In this document: positions 18,453 to 28,716 of the stretch, piece after piece
Layout: each line of letters begins with the position of its first letter
How positions within the stretch are numbered: the first letter of the stretch is position 1
Position numbers and translations under genes: made by a program
Assembly: GCA_934365155.1 (NCBI GenBank)
Contig: CAKRMZ010000002.1
Coordinates: 36,645-100,644 of the forward strand
Length of the DNA stretch: 64,000 nt
Direction of reading: 5' to 3'
Source of the DNA: an uncultured Eubacteriales bacterium
GTDB taxonomy: Bacteria; Bacillota; Clostridia; Oscillospirales; CAG-272
The notes under the pieces: model-generated
Seen by the model: the letters and a program-made list of their open reading frames with translations, nothing else
Database searches by the model: none
Told to the model about the DNA's origin: nothing

Positions 18453-19781
18453 TTATCTGTTGCTTTTTTTATCGTTTTTTTGATGGGCCTTTTTCCAGTC
18501 TTTTATTTGTGACAGTCGCTTTTGGAATTTTTCTTCCGTACCCTGATCGGTCGGATGATAATATTCTTTCCCGAGAAGGGAATCGGGCAGACATTGCATC
18601 GCGGTGAGCTTTTCGGGGGCATCGTGCGCATATTGATATCCTTTGCCGTAATTCAGATTTTTCATCAGTGCAGTCGGTGCATTGCGGATGTGGAGCGGCA
18701 CCGGATCGGAAATCTGAGTCAGGGCATCTTTTTTTGCGGATTCATATGCGATATACAGAGCGTTGGATTTTGGTACAATCGACATATAAACTACGGCTTG
18801 TGTCAGATGAACCGAGCACTCCGGCATGCCGATAAAATGGCAGGCCTGATACACCGAAACCGCCATTTCCAAGGCGCGGGGATCTGCCAAACCGATATCC
18901 TCCGATGCAAATCGAACGAGGCGCCGCGCAATGTAAAGCGGGTCCTCTCCTGCCTCAAGCATTCGTGCTAACCAATAAACGGCAGCGTCGGCATCGGAAT
19001 TGCGCATGGATTTATGCAGTGCGGAGATTAAATTATAGTGTTCCTCTCCGTTTTTATCATAGAGAAGTGATTTCTTGGAGATGCACTGTTCTAATGTTTC
19101 CTGTGTGACCGTAATGGTGTTATCCCGGTTTTCTCCGTTTAAAACGGCCATTTCCAAGGTGGAGAGCGCTGTGCGTGCATCGCCGTTTGCAAAGGATGCA
19201 ATGCTTTGCAGAGTCTCCGGGCTGATGACGATGTTTTGATTGCCGAATCCGCGCGGGTCTGAAACGGCTCGGCGCAAAAGTGCGGTGAGCTCCTCCGTTT
19301 TTAAAGCTTGTAAAACAAAAACCTTGCAGCGCGAAAGCAGAGCGCTGTTGACTTCAAAGGACGGATTTTCCGTGGTGGCGCCGATCAATATGATGCTTCC
19401 TTTTTCTACAAACGGGAGAAAGGCATCCTGCTGCGCTTTATTAAAACGGTGAATTTCGTCCACAAACACAACGGTTCTTTCTCCGGACTGGCGATTTTCT
19501 TCTGCTTTTTGCATGACTGCACGGATCTCTTTGATGCCGCTGGTAACCGCCGAAAAATCAATGAAGGCGGCATGGGTTTGTTGCGCGATAATGCGAGCAA
19601 GCGTTGTCTTTCCGACGCCGGGCGGACCCCAAAAAATCATCGAGCACAGACGGTCGTTTTCAATCAAGCGACGCAGAATCTTTCCTTCCCCGAGCAGATG
19701 GGTTTGCCCCACATACTCACTGAGGGTCTGCGGACGCAGTCTTGCCGCAAGCGGCTGATTGGCATCTTTTTCGGTGCACAT
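18453..19781 (-). CDS. rarA: Replication-associated recombination protein A (RarA/MgsA AAA+ ATPase)
   Basis: [24 protein letters not shown], Walker A [9 protein letters not shown], Walker B [12 protein letters not shown], and the C-terminal MgsA region ([27 protein letters not shown]). The start is at ATG 19781, behind AAGAGG. The track's 54-aa N-terminal extension is rejected. Confidence 0.9.
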   Translation of the reverse strand: [442 protein letters not shown]

Positions 19782-19943
19782 GTTAAAAACCTCTTTTGAA
19801 TCATAATACGGGTGAAACCGGATAATTTCATTATAGATGCTGCAAAGCAGACTGTCAAGAAAATGCGTTCGGAAAGCGTGCAAAAAGGCATCACCGTTTG
19901 ATTGGTTTTTAATTTTAAAGAGGAGGCTTTCCGAATTTAGCAC

Positions 19944-19981
19944 AAAAGCCGTTTGGTTCTCGAAAGAACCAGACGGCTTTT
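19944..19981 (-). terminator. Intrinsic terminator after amino-acid ABC operon
   Basis: AAAAGCCGTtTGGTTCT-cgaa-AGAACCAgACGGCTTTT, immediately downstream of the stop at 19995. Confidence 0.75.
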
Positions 19982-19994
19982 AAATAAGATTTAA

Positions 19995-20738
19995 TTAAAT
20001 TACTTTGTTTAAGAAATCCTTGGTACGTTGTGTTTTCGGCGTGTCAAAAATTTCCGAAGGCGTTCCGTCTTCTATCATTTTTCCCTCGTCCATAAAAATG
20101 ACTCGGCTGGCCACTTCGCGGGCAAATCCCATTTCATGCGTTACAACGACCATAGTCATGCCTTCTTTGGCAAGGTTTTTCATAACCTCAAGCACTTCGC
20201 CGACCATTTCCGGATCCAGTGCGCTGGTGGGTTCATCAAACAGCATAACGTCAGGGTTCATACAGAGCGCACGAACGATAGCTACGCGCTGTTTTTGTCC
20301 GCCCGAAAGCTGTGACGGATACGCAAGGGCGCGATCTTCAAGGCCGACTCTTTTCAGCAAGGATAAGGCGTTTTTTTCTGCTTCGGCCCGTTTGATTCCC
20401 AAAATTTTGGTGGGAGCCAGGATCATATTTTTTAAAATTGTCATGTGCGGAAACAGATTAAAATGCTGAAACACCATGCCCATTTTCTTGCGGTGCTCAT
20501 TAATGTTAACAGAGGGACCGGTCAGATCAACCCCTTCAAAAAATATTTTGCCTTCCGTAGGAGTTTCGAGCAGGTTCAGTGATCGCAGGAATGTGGATTT
20601 ACCGCTGCCGGACGGTCCGATAACGACCACAACCTCGCCTTTGTGTATGTCAACGTCGATACCGTCCAAAGCTTTGATTTCGCCTTTGTTGTAATGAATT
20701 TTTAAGTTTTCGGTATGAATTAAAGCGTTATCGTTCAC
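19995..20738 (-). CDS. Polar amino-acid ABC transporter ATP-binding protein (GlnQ-like)
   Basis: [37 protein letters not shown]. Confidence 0.9.
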   Translation of the reverse strand: MNDNALIHTENLKIHYNKGEIKALDGIDVDIHKGEVVVVIGPSGSGKSTFLRSLNLLETPTEGKIFFEGVDLTGPSVNINEHRKKMGMVFQHFNLFPHMTILKNMILAPTKILGIKRAEAEKNALSLLKRVGLEDRALAYPSQLSGGQKQRVAIVRALCMNPDVMLFDEPTSALDPEMVGEVLEVMKNLAKEGMTMVVVTHEMGFAREVASRVIFMDEGKMIEDGTPSEIFDTPKTQRTKDFLNKVI

Positions 20739-21462
20739 TGTTGCGAAGCCTCCTTTCGAGCATTCTGACTAAAAAGCTGAGAATCATAACAATGACAAGA
20801 TATATCAGCGCTACCGCAAGGAGAGGCAATGCCGATATGTAGGTTATAGATCGGATGATTTCTCCGCCTTTGGTAAGATCGGTGACACCTACATAACAAG
20901 CTACCGAAGTTTCTTTGAGCAGAACGATAAATTCGTTGGCCAATGCAGGCAAAACATTTTTTAAAGCCTGCGGAATAATAATATAAAGCATGGTTTGCGC
21001 GAAATTCAAACCGAGGGAACGGCCGGCTTCAAACTGTCCTTTATCTACAGCCATGATGCCCGAACGAATAATTTCCGCGACGTAGGCTCCGGAGTTGATG
21101 CCGAAAGTCAGCATTGCAATCGGAACGCCGTTGCGCGCCTTGACAAAAATAATAAAGAACATGATCATAATCTGAATCATGGCCGGTGTTCCGCGGATTA
21201 CCGTTAAATAGATTCTGCAAACAGCATTCAGAAACCCCAAAATGGTTTTTCCGAAGCTACGGTGCATGGTATTTCGGTTTTTATCGTAGGTAGAGCATAT
21301 AATTGCAACGACGATTCCGATGAGAATACCGAGTATGACTGCAACCAAAGCAATCTTTAGAGTGTTTGCCAAACCTTTAACGATATATTTCCAGTTGGAA
21401 TCTTCGATAAAGCAGGTAATAAAATCCTTTTTGATTTTATTAAACCATTCAAGCAGAGCCAA
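20728..21462 (-). CDS. Polar amino-acid ABC transporter permease (HisM/GlnP family)
   Basis: A multi-TM protein with the EAA-type loop ([21 protein letters not shown]). It overlaps the ATPase gene. Confidence 0.85.
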   Translation of the reverse strand: MALLEWFNKIKKDFITCFIEDSNWKYIVKGLANTLKIALVAVILGILIGIVVAIICSTYDKNRNTMHRSFGKTILGFLNAVCRIYLTVIRGTPAMIQIMIMFFIIFVKARNGVPIAMLTFGINSGAYVAEIIRSGIMAVDKGQFEAGRSLGLNFAQTMLYIIIPQALKNVLPALANEFIVLLKETSVACYVGVTDLTKGGEIIRSITYISALPLLAVALIYLVIVMILSFLVRMLERRLRNSER

Positions 21463-21498
21463 AAGTTTTCCCTCTTTTCATTTATTAAACAGCACAAG

Positions 21499-21525
21499 CG
21501 GGGCGAAGTATATTTGCTTCGCCCC
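21499..21525 (-). promoter_or_regulatory. Intercistronic hairpin between binding-protein and permease genes
   Basis: CGGGGCGAAG-(8 nt)-CTTCGCCCCG in the 92-nt gap. This is the typical position for differential mRNA stability or partial termination in ABC importer operons. Confidence 0.45.
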
Positions 21526-21554
21526 GTGTGATCGGTTATATGCGATGAATTGAT

Positions 21555-22349
21555 TTAGTCTGTGATGTACTTATCAACAATTTTCTTTACAGTACCGTCT
21601 TGAATCAGTTCGTCCAATGCGGTATTGATTTTGTTCAATAATTCGGTATTGTCTTTCGCAACTGCGATGGCGTACTCTTCTACTGTGTATTCGGTATCCA
21701 AAATTTTCAGGCCGGTATTGACACTAACCAATTTCTTCGCCGGTTCGTTATCCAAAATGACACAGTCAACCTGACCGTTTTTCAATGCTTCTACCGCATC
21801 GGTGGTTTTCGCAAAAGACTTAACGGTGCCGAGGCCTGCTTTTTCGATATCATCTGTTGCATAAAGGAAACCGGTGGTGCCGGACTGCGTGCCGACAATG
21901 TGATTTGCATTTTCACTCAGCAAATCATCTACCGAAGTGATCGGGCTGCCTTCTTTAACGATAATAACCTGAATACCGGTTGAGTAAGAAGTGCTGAAGT
22001 TTACTTGCTCTTTCCGTTTTTCGCTGGCGGTCATTCCGGCCATGCCGATGTCATATTTTTTGCTCTGAATTCCGGGGATAATCGCCTCAAAGTTGATATC
22101 GGTGATTTCCAGTTCCATATCTAATTTGTCGGCAATTGCCTGTGCAACCTCAACATCAATTCCGACCAATTTGTTGTTTTCATAATATTCGTAAGGAGGG
22201 AAAGTTCCTTCCGTCGCCATAGACAATATTGCTTCTCTGTTTTTGTCGTCTCCGCTTTTGTCGTCGTCTTCGGTATTATCTTTCTTTGCACAAGCAACCA
22301 TTGCAATAACCATGGTCAGTGCAAGAAGTGTCAATAAAAATTTTTTCAT
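21555..22349 (-). CDS. Amino-acid ABC transporter substrate-binding lipoprotein
   Basis: Lipoprotein signal MKKFLLTLLALTMVIAMVAC. A type-3 SBP pattern is present (FPPYEY, GIDVEVA, KKYDIGMAGMT). Confidence 0.85.
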   Translation of the reverse strand: MKKFLLTLLALTMVIAMVACAKKDNTEDDDKSGDDKNREAILSMATEGTFPPYEYYENNKLVGIDVEVAQAIADKLDMELEITDINFEAIIPGIQSKKYDIGMAGMTASEKRKEQVNFSTSYSTGIQVIIVKEGSPITSVDDLLSENANHIVGTQSGTTGFLYATDDIEKAGLGTVKSFAKTTDAVEALKNGQVDCVILDNEPAKKLVSVNTGLKILDTEYTVEEYAIAVAKDNTELLNKINTALDELIQDGTVKKIVDKYITD

Positions 22350-22399
22350 GATCTTATCTTCCTCTTTATTTTACAGAAATTTAATAATTGATGTGTGTT

Positions 22400-22428
22400 A
22401 TTCTATCATATTCAATATATCTTGTCAA
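22400..22428 (-). promoter_or_regulatory. Sigma-A type promoter of the amino-acid ABC operon
   Basis: On the minus strand: TTGACA, 17 nt, TAGAAT. Confidence 0.6.
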
Positions 22429-22558
22429 TAGACCAGCAAGAAAAATTTATAAAAATGTCGAAAAAACTGTAAAAAATACATAAAATTGCATTTCAAACTC
22501 CAAATTTAACAAAATGTGTGCATATTTATTCATTCAAAACCGCCGTTTCGCGATTATG

Positions 22559-22587
22559 TTGCAATTTGTGCCGGCGAGTGCTATACT
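22559..22587 (+). promoter_or_regulatory. Sigma-A type promoter of ygiQ
   Basis: TTGCAA, 17 nt, TATACT. It lies inside the ORF-track N-terminal extension, which argues for the downstream start. Confidence 0.55.
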
Positions 22588-22628
22588 ATTTACGATTTAA
22601 CGGGATAAAAGTTGCCGAAAAAGTGGGG

Positions 22629-24611
22629 GTGAAAAATTTGAAATCAACGCTGGAATCAAGATCGGATTTTTTGCCGATAAACCGCGAGGAGATGAATCAG
22701 CGCGGATGGACGGAGCCGGATTTTGTATATGTGACCGGAGATGCCTATGTGGATCACCCAAGCTTTGGGGTAGCTATTATTTCACGGGTTTTGGAAGCAA
22801 GCGGCTTTCGGGTGGCGATTTTGTCGCAGCCGGATTATAAGAGTAAGGATGCTTTTTTGGAATTCGGCCGGCCGCGGCTCGGATTTTTGGTGACATCCGG
22901 AAATATTGATTCCATGGTAGCGCATTATACTGCGGCCAAAAAGAGAAGGAATTATGATTATTATTCTCCGGGCGGACAGATGGGGCATCGCCCCGATCGT
23001 GCGGTTATTGTATATTGCAATCGCATTCGGGAGGCCTATGGGGATATTCCGATTATTCTCGGCGGACTGGAAGCGTCCTTGCGTCGGTTTGCCCATTACG
23101 ATTATTGGGAGAACCGGGTTCGCCGCAGCATATTAGTGGATTCTAAAGCCGATTTGTTGACTTACGGTATGGGCGAAGAAATTTTAGTGCGGATTGCAAA
23201 GCTATTGGACCGCGGTATTCCGATTCGTAAGATTCGGGATGTGCGCGGGACGGTATATCTGTGTTCGCCGGAGGACAAAGTGAACTTTGAGGTGGCGGGA
23301 CGGTTCGATTTTGACCGCTTAAAGACTGATAAAGAGGAATATGCACGTGCTTTTGCTTTGCAGTATCGGAATCAGGATGCGATCAGCGGCAAGGCCATAG
23401 TGGAATATTATGATGGAAAAATGCTGGTGCAGAATCCGCCGATGCCGCCGCTTGAGCGGGAGCAACTGGATTTTGTATATTCTTTGCCGTATATGAGAAA
23501 CTATCACCCGTCTTATGAAAAGGACGGTGGCATTCCCGCAATCAACGAGGTGCAGTTTTCCATTACGCATAATCGCGGGTGCTTTGGTGCCTGTAATTTT
23601 TGCGCGTTGGCCTTTCACCAGGGACGCACAGTGCGTTCCCGAAGCATTGAAAGTGTGGTGGAAGAAGCAAAAAAAATTACAGAGCTTCCGAACTTCAAGG
23701 GGTATATTCACGATATCGGGGGTCCTACCGCCAATTTCCGGTATCCGGCCTGTGACCGGCAAAAAACAGAGGGAGTATGTACCCACCGAAAATGCTTGGC
23801 GCCGAAGCCTTGCCCGAATTTGAAGGTCAGCCATACGGAATATCAAAAGCTGATTGAGTCGGTAGAGAAGCTTCCGCGAGTGAAAAAGGTGTTTATCCGT
23901 TCCGGTATTCGTTTTGATTATCTGATGGCGGATTCGAATGAAGACTTTTTTAAAAAGCTGGTTCGGGACAACGTCAGCGGACAGCTCAAGGTTGCGCCGG
24001 AGCATTGTTCCGATGCGGTGCTTTCCTGCATGGGAAAACCGAACTTCGGTGTGTATGAGCGATTTCGCAAACGCTTTTTTGAATTGACGCACAGTGTCGG
24101 CAAGGAGCAGTATCTTGTACCGTATCTGATGTCGAGTCATCCGGGCTCAACCTTGCGTGACGCCGTTGCATTGGCACAGTATTTGAAGCGGGAGGGATAC
24201 TCCCCGGAGCAGGTGCAGGATTTTTATCCGACTCCCGGGACGGCATCCACCGTGATGTACTATACCGGTATCAACCCGCTGACAGGAAAAAAGGTCTATA
24301 CACCGACCGATTATCATGAAAAACAGCTTCAGCGGGCGCTTTTGCAATATGCAAGACCGCAGAATGCCGATTTGGTGCGAGAGGCACTCCAAAAGTGCGG
24401 TCGCGAAGACCTGATCGGGATGGGAGCCGGATGTCTGGTGCGACCGAAAAACGCGCACGGTTCGCCCCGACAGGAATCTGCACATGCAAAGCAGAAAAAA
24501 ACGCTGCCGACGGGGAAAAACAGAACCGGCGGACAGAAAAAACGTTCCCGCGTCGCTTCCGGGAAGGATGTCTCGCTTTGCAAACACAAGGAGAAGGGAA
24601 AGCGCTCGTAA
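22629..24611 (+). CDS. ygiQ: YgiQ family radical SAM protein (UPF0313)
   Basis: Family N-terminus FLPINREEMNQRGWTEPDFVYVTGDAYVDHPSFG. Radical-SAM cluster motif CFGACNFCALAFHQG. Basic C-terminal tail. The start is GTG 22629 or TTG 22638. Confidence 0.85.
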   Translation: MKNLKSTLESRSDFLPINREEMNQRGWTEPDFVYVTGDAYVDHPSFGVAIISRVLEASGFRVAILSQPDYKSKDAFLEFGRPRLGFLVTSGNIDSMVAHYTAAKKRRNYDYYSPGGQMGHRPDRAVIVYCNRIREAYGDIPIILGGLEASLRRFAHYDYWENRVRRSILVDSKADLLTYGMGEEILVRIAKLLDRGIPIRKIRDVRGTVYLCSPEDKVNFEVAGRFDFDRLKTDKEEYARAFALQYRNQDAISGKAIVEYYDGKMLVQNPPMPPLEREQLDFVYSLPYMRNYHPSYEKDGGIPAINEVQFSITHNRGCFGACNFCALAFHQGRTVRSRSIESVVEEAKKITELPNFKGYIHDIGGPTANFRYPACDRQKTEGVCTHRKCLAPKPCPNLKVSHTEYQKLIESVEKLPRVKKVFIRSGIRFDYLMADSNEDFFKKLVRDNVSGQLKVAPEHCSDAVLSCMGKPNFGVYERFRKRFFELTHSVGKEQYLVPYLMSSHPGSTLRDAVALAQYLKREGYSPEQVQDFYPTPGTASTVMYYTGINPLTGKKVYTPTDYHEKQLQRALLQYARPQNADLVREALQKCGREDLIGMGAGCLVRPKNAHGSPRQESAHAKQKKTLPTGKNRTGGQKKRSRVASGKDVSLCKHKEKGKRS

Positions 24612-24680
24612 AGAGATTCGGATATTGATTTCCGATTTTCGTTGCACCTCTGGGAACATCGCACTCTTTTAAACGATAAA

Positions 24681-24720
24681 CTCCGCAGAGAAATTCATTT
24701 CTCTGCGGAGCTTTCTTTTT
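24681..24720. terminator. Bidirectional intrinsic terminator
   Basis: CTCCGCAGAGAAA-ttca-TTTCTCTGCGGAG followed by CTTTCTTTTT. Confidence 0.8.
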
Positions 24721-24736
24721 AATTGATTGCGATGGA

Positions 24737-25519
24737 TCAGGTCATCAGCGCTTCCTTTACGACTTCTGCTAAATGGCGATAGCCGTCATCATTCAGATGC
24801 AATCCCTCTGCATAATATTCGGGATGATCTTTGGTTGCACTGAAAATATCAATGAGTTCAAGGCCGAGTTCGGACGCAAGTTCATGTTGCATCGGAATCA
24901 TGTAATTTTCAAGACTGCTCTTGAAGTTATCGGCGCGGTCATAAATCCAAGGGGAAGTGCAGAGATAAATCTTCGGAGGGGATTCCAAGCTTTGAAGCTC
25001 CGAAATCATATATTTCATTCCCGCAAGGTAATTCTGCTTACCGCGCTCGGTATCGATGTCAAATTGCTGATAGGGGTTTGCGTCATTGGTGCCGAACATG
25101 ATAACGGCGACGTCCGGTTCGGATTTCATCGCATCGTTCCATTCGGATTCATAACAAAAGCACATCGCGGAGCCGGCCATTTTTGTGGCAACTGCTCCGC
25201 GTTTTGAGCAGTTGGATACAGAATAATGACTTCCGAGCATGTCCTGCAGTTGGGCCGGATAGCTTTTTGCAGTGGGATTGGACGCTTTGTCGCCCCAGGT
25301 CAGGCTGTCGCCGATGCAGGTGATGCGGACGGTCCTTCCGAGAGATTCATAGGTAACGGGCGGATAGTTAATCGGTCCTGACGGCATTGTTTGCTCCTTA
25401 TCTTCGCTTTCGAGTGAATCGGGATTGTCCGAAGTCTGTTTGCTTCCGCACGAAATCAGCCCCGCACATAATATCACGGCAAGAATTGCTGCTAAAAATT
25501 GAAATTTCGGTTTATTCAT
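24737..25519 (-). CDS. SGNH/GDSL hydrolase family lipoprotein
   Basis: Lipobox LISC after a signal peptide. Block I is CIGDSLTWG and block V is LHLNDDGY. Confidence 0.8.
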   Translation of the reverse strand: MNKPKFQFLAAILAVILCAGLISCGSKQTSDNPDSLESEDKEQTMPSGPINYPPVTYESLGRTVRITCIGDSLTWGDKASNPTAKSYPAQLQDMLGSHYSVSNCSKRGAVATKMAGSAMCFCYESEWNDAMKSEPDVAVIMFGTNDANPYQQFDIDTERGKQNYLAGMKYMISELQSLESPPKIYLCTSPWIYDRADNFKSSLENYMIPMQHELASELGLELIDIFSATKDHPEYYAEGLHLNDDGYRHLAEVVKEALMT

Positions 25520-25803
25520 GAAAACTCCTGATTTTCTAAAGCAGTTTGACCGTCGAAAACGGTAAAGCGCTGCGTTTAAATTTTGCTATATGTTGTAAAT
25601 ATTATAACATAGGAAACTGTAGCAGTGTTGCTAAAGATTATGTTTGAATTTTAGCAAAAATGACGGACGCTTTTTCATGCTGTCAGGCAGATTGTTCTGA
25701 GATTTTAAGCGGTTTCTTTTGGCGTGGAGACAAAGCGAGATGGTGGGAATGTTTCGGCGAAAAATGAATTCATGAAAATCACGGGATACGGCATAAATTT
25801 TCA

Positions 25804-25832
25804 TTGACAGAAGGTCTCGAATTATGTATAAT
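25804..25832 (+). promoter_or_regulatory. Consensus sigma-A promoter of the pur operon
   Basis: TTGACA (25804-09), a 17-nt spacer, then TATAAT (25827-32). Confidence 0.75.
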
Positions 25833-25874
25833 GAAAGTAGATTTTAATTTTAGATCCGAACAGTTGAATAAGCA

Positions 25875-25948
25875 TGGTTTTCTGTGACTGACGGAATGCG
25901 GAGTACCGCAAGGGAGCAGAAAATTGGTTTCGCCGACCGTCTGGGCAG
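25875..25948 (+). promoter_or_regulatory. ZTP (pfl-motif) riboswitch aptamer
   Basis: P1 is UUUUCU/AGAAAA. The aptamer contains GUGACUGaCGgAA, a P2 hairpin GCGG-AGUA-CCGC, GGGAGC, a linker, then CCGACCGUCUGGGCA. These correspond to the conserved GUGACUGGCG...GGGAGC...CCGnCCGCCUGGGCA blocks of the pfl motif. Confidence 0.8.
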
Positions 25949-25991
25949 TCATCCGTATGTAAAAGTAGGGGATGGTCTGCCCTATTTTATT
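25943..25991 (+). terminator. Riboswitch expression-platform terminator
   Basis: GGGCAGTCATCC pairs with GGATGG(T)CTGCCC across a 15-nt loop, followed by TATTTTATTAT. The 5' arm overlaps the aptamer's CUGGGCA element. Confidence 0.7.
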
Positions 25992-26027
25992 ATCATAAAA
26001 TTCAAGACGTCGGAGATAGGAGGAAAA

Positions 26028-26516
26028 ATGAAAAAGGTAGCGATTATTATGGGAAGCGACAGTGATCTTCCGGTGGTAAAAAAAGCGGTGGATACACTCA
26101 AGAGTTTCGGGGTACCTTATGAAGCCCATATCTATTCCGCTCATCGCAGCCCCGAGAAGGTTGCCGAATTTGTTAAGTCGGCACGGGACTCAGGCTTCGG
26201 TGTGATTATTGCTGCGGCGGGAATGGCGGCGCATTTGGCAGGAGCGGTTGCGGCAAACACAACCCTGCCGGTGATCGGAATTCCGTTAAAATCCGGATAT
26301 TTGAACGGCATGGACGCTCTTTTATCCACAGTACAAATGCCATCCGGCATGCCGGTAGCGACTGTGGCAATCGACGGAGCAGTGAATGCCGCTTTATTAT
26401 CGGTGCAGATTTTGGCGCTCGGCGATGAAACTTTGGAAAAAAAGATTGCCGATTATCGCAGAGAGAACACGCAAAAGGTCTTAGAAAAGGATGCAAAGGC
26501 TTCCGCGGAGCTTTGA
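26028..26516 (+). CDS. purE: 5-(carboxyamino)imidazole ribonucleotide mutase (PurE, class I-like)
   Basis: MKKVAIIMGSDSDLPVV, SAHRSPEKV, AAAGMAAHLAGAVAA, QMPSGMPVATVAI. The true start is 26028, behind GGAGATAGGAGG. The track start 25884 lies within the riboswitch. Confidence 0.9.
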   Translation: MKKVAIIMGSDSDLPVVKKAVDTLKSFGVPYEAHIYSAHRSPEKVAEFVKSARDSGFGVIIAAAGMAAHLAGAVAANTTLPVIGIPLKSGYLNGMDALLSTVQMPSGMPVATVAIDGAVNAALLSVQILALGDETLEKKIADYRRENTQKVLEKDAKASAEL

Positions 26517-26569
26517 ATATATAAACCATTTGCAAATAATGAATTTACAATAAAATGGAGGATACAATC

Positions 26570-27283
26570 ATGGAAAAAAGAGAACAGTTGTATGAAGGAA
26601 AAGCAAAAAAGGTATATGCGACCGATGATGAAAACTTATATATTGTTTCCTATAAGGATGACGCAACTGCCTTTAACGGGCTGAAAAAAGGAACCATTGT
26701 CGGCAAGGGTGTGGTGAACAACCGTATGTCTAATTTGTGCATGCAAATGTTGGAAAAATCCGGTATCCCCACGCACTTTGTAAAAGAGCTTTCCGATCGG
26801 GATACTTTGGTAAAAAAAGTTTCGATTGTTCCCTTGGAGGTAATAATTCGCAATATTTCCGCCGGATCCTTTGCCAAACGATACGGTGTGGAAGAGGGCA
26901 TCGTTTTTTCGGAGCCTACCATTGAATTTTCCTATAAGAATGACGATCTCGGAGATCCGTTAATTAACCGCTATCATGCGCTTGCTTTGGGATTGGCCAG
27001 CAAAGAGGAGATTCAAACCATTGAATCCATGGCTTTCCGAATCAATACACTCTTGAAAGAATATTTCAAAACCTTGGGCATTACGCTGGTTGATTTTAAA
27101 TTGGAATTCGGAAAGACGGCGGACGGCAATATTGTTTTAGCGGATGAAATTTCGCCGGATACCTGCCGCTTCTGGGATATTAAAACCGGAGAAAAGCTGG
27201 ATAAGGATCGTTTCAGACGGGATATGGGCGGCGTGGAAGATGCGTACCGTGAGGTGATGCGCCGCGTAATGGGAGAAAAATAA
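26570..27283 (+). CDS. purC: SAICAR synthase
   Basis: [10 protein letters not shown]...DDATAFNG...[19 protein letters not shown] sits 8 nt before ATG 26570. Confidence 0.9.
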   Translation: MEKREQLYEGKAKKVYATDDENLYIVSYKDDATAFNGLKKGTIVGKGVVNNRMSNLCMQMLEKSGIPTHFVKELSDRDTLVKKVSIVPLEVIIRNISAGSFAKRYGVEEGIVFSEPTIEFSYKNDDLGDPLINRYHALALGLASKEEIQTIESMAFRINTLLKEYFKTLGITLVDFKLEFGKTADGNIVLADEISPDTCRFWDIKTGEKLDKDRFRRDMGGVEDAYREVMRRVMGEK

Positions 27284-28713
27284 TGAGCAAAATCAAAGAA
27301 GAGTGCGGTGTATTCGGGATATATTGCCAAAAATCGGAAAATGTTGCCGCCACCTGTTATTACGGCTTGTTCGCTTTGCAGCACCGCGGCCAGGAGAGCT
27401 GCGGTATCGTGGTGAATGACGACGGCGTTTTTCGAAGCTATAAGGATGAGGGCCTTGTGAACGATGTGTTTGGCACGTCGGTCATTGATCAGTTGGGCTT
27501 TGGAAATATTGCGGTCGGGCATGTGCGCTACGGAACGACCGGTTGCGGCGGAAGGCTGAATGCGCAGCCGATTGTGGTGAATCACATTAAGGGCAGCATG
27601 GCACTTGCCCATAACGGAAACCTGATTAATTCCGGTGAGCTTCGCTCGGAACTTGAGATGGAGGGCTCGATTTTCCATACAACCAGCGACACGGAGGTAA
27701 TCTCTTATATCATTACCAAAGAGCGCCTGGGGGCTCCCTCCATTGAAGAGGCGGTCAATCGGACGATGCACCGGGTAAAGGGAGCCTATTCACTGGTGAT
27801 TATGTCTCCGTCTAAGCTGATTGCAGTGCGTGATGAAAACGGATTCCGGCCTTTATGCTACGGAAAAACCGAAGACGGGTCTTATGTGGTTGCATCGGAA
27901 AGCTGTGCGTTGGATGCGGTCGGTGCTACCTTGATCCGCGATGTAGACCCCGGCGAAATTGTTGTGTTTGACAAAAACGGTGTTCGCAGCATTCGGGATC
28001 ATTGTGAGAAGGTGCCGAAAACACTGTGTGTGTTTGAATATATTTATTTTGCCAGACCGGATTCGGTGATCGACGGAAGCTCGGTCCATGAGGCGAGAGT
28101 CCGAGCAGGCAGCTTTTTGGCATTGGAGCATCCGGTCCAGGCGGATATTGTAATCGGTGTGCCGGATTCCGGATTGGACGCGGCGGTCGGGTATGCTCGG
28201 CAATCCGGCATTCCCTACGGCATCGGATTTATAAAAAATAAATACATCGGACGAACCTTTATTGCTCCGGGACAAAAGTCCAGAGAGGATAAGGTGCGTA
28301 TTAAGCTGAATACCATATCCCATGTCGTGAAGGGAAAACGTGTGGTTTTGATTGATGACTCCATTGTGAGGGGAACCACCAGCGGACGTATTGTCAAGCT
28401 GCTTCGCGATGCCGGCGCTACGGAGGTGCATATGCGTATCTCGTCGCCGCCGTTTTTGAACCCCTGTTATTACGGCACCGACATTGATTCAAGAGAACAT
28501 CTGATTGCCTGCCATCACAGCGTTGAGCAGATTGCTCAAATCATCGGCGTGGACTCTTTGGGATATTTGAATGTGGAACATGTGGATAAGCTGGCAAGCG
28601 GAAATTGCCGCGGATATTGTACCGCTTGCTTCAGCGGGAACTATCCTACCGAGATTCCGAGCGAATCGCATAAGAATCGCTTTGAGCGAAAAATCAGTGA
28701 AAAGAAGGACTAA
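27283..28713 (+). CDS. purF: Amidophosphoribosyltransferase
   Basis: Ntn-glutaminase start ...EECGVFGI, PRTase motif VVLIDDSIVRGTT, and C-terminal Cys ligands for the 4Fe-4S cluster. Confidence 0.9.
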   Translation: MSKIKEECGVFGIYCQKSENVAATCYYGLFALQHRGQESCGIVVNDDGVFRSYKDEGLVNDVFGTSVIDQLGFGNIAVGHVRYGTTGCGGRLNAQPIVVNHIKGSMALAHNGNLINSGELRSELEMEGSIFHTTSDTEVISYIITKERLGAPSIEEAVNRTMHRVKGAYSLVIMSPSKLIAVRDENGFRPLCYGKTEDGSYVVASESCALDAVGATLIRDVDPGEIVVFDKNGVRSIRDHCEKVPKTLCVFEYIYFARPDSVIDGSSVHEARVRAGSFLALEHPVQADIVIGVPDSGLDAAVGYARQSGIPYGIGFIKNKYIGRTFIAPGQKSREDKVRIKLNTISHVVKGKRVVLIDDSIVRGTTSGRIVKLLRDAGATEVHMRISSPPFLNPCYYGTDIDSREHLIACHHSVEQIAQIIGVDSLGYLNVEHVDKLASGNCRGYCTACFSGNYPTEIPSESHKNRFERKISEKKD

Positions 28714-28716
28714 ACG

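Noticed and set aside
22518-22628. ORF-track N-terminal extensions (ygiQ from 22518; also purE from 25884, GT2 from 43180, PIG-L from 7009, rnj from 51361, rarA to 19943, csoR from 39514, surface genes from 57408 and 61598)
   Set aside because: The extensions run through promoters, terminators, riboswitches or the preceding gene, and they lack RBSs. Downstream in-frame starts have good Shine-Dalgarno spacing and match the family N-termini.
23319-24140. 273-aa minus-strand ORF, with similar long antisense ORFs at 27013-27771, 36582-37316, 59034-59771, 11398-12093 and 10753-11364
   Set aside because: All of them lie inside well-supported genes on the other strand (ygiQ, purC/purF, purL, the surface protein, and the envelope genes). 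Their products are Arg-rich with skewed composition, typical of shadow ORFs.
25851-25863. PurBox-like sequence AGATCCGAACAGT between the pur promoter and the ZTP aptamer
   Set aside because: It matches the Bacillus PurR PurBox pattern (AWWWCCGAACWWT) at 11 of 13 positions. But it is a single copy, and I found no convincing inverted partner. It also lies downstream of the -10 rather than upstream of the -35, so support for a PurR operator is insufficient.
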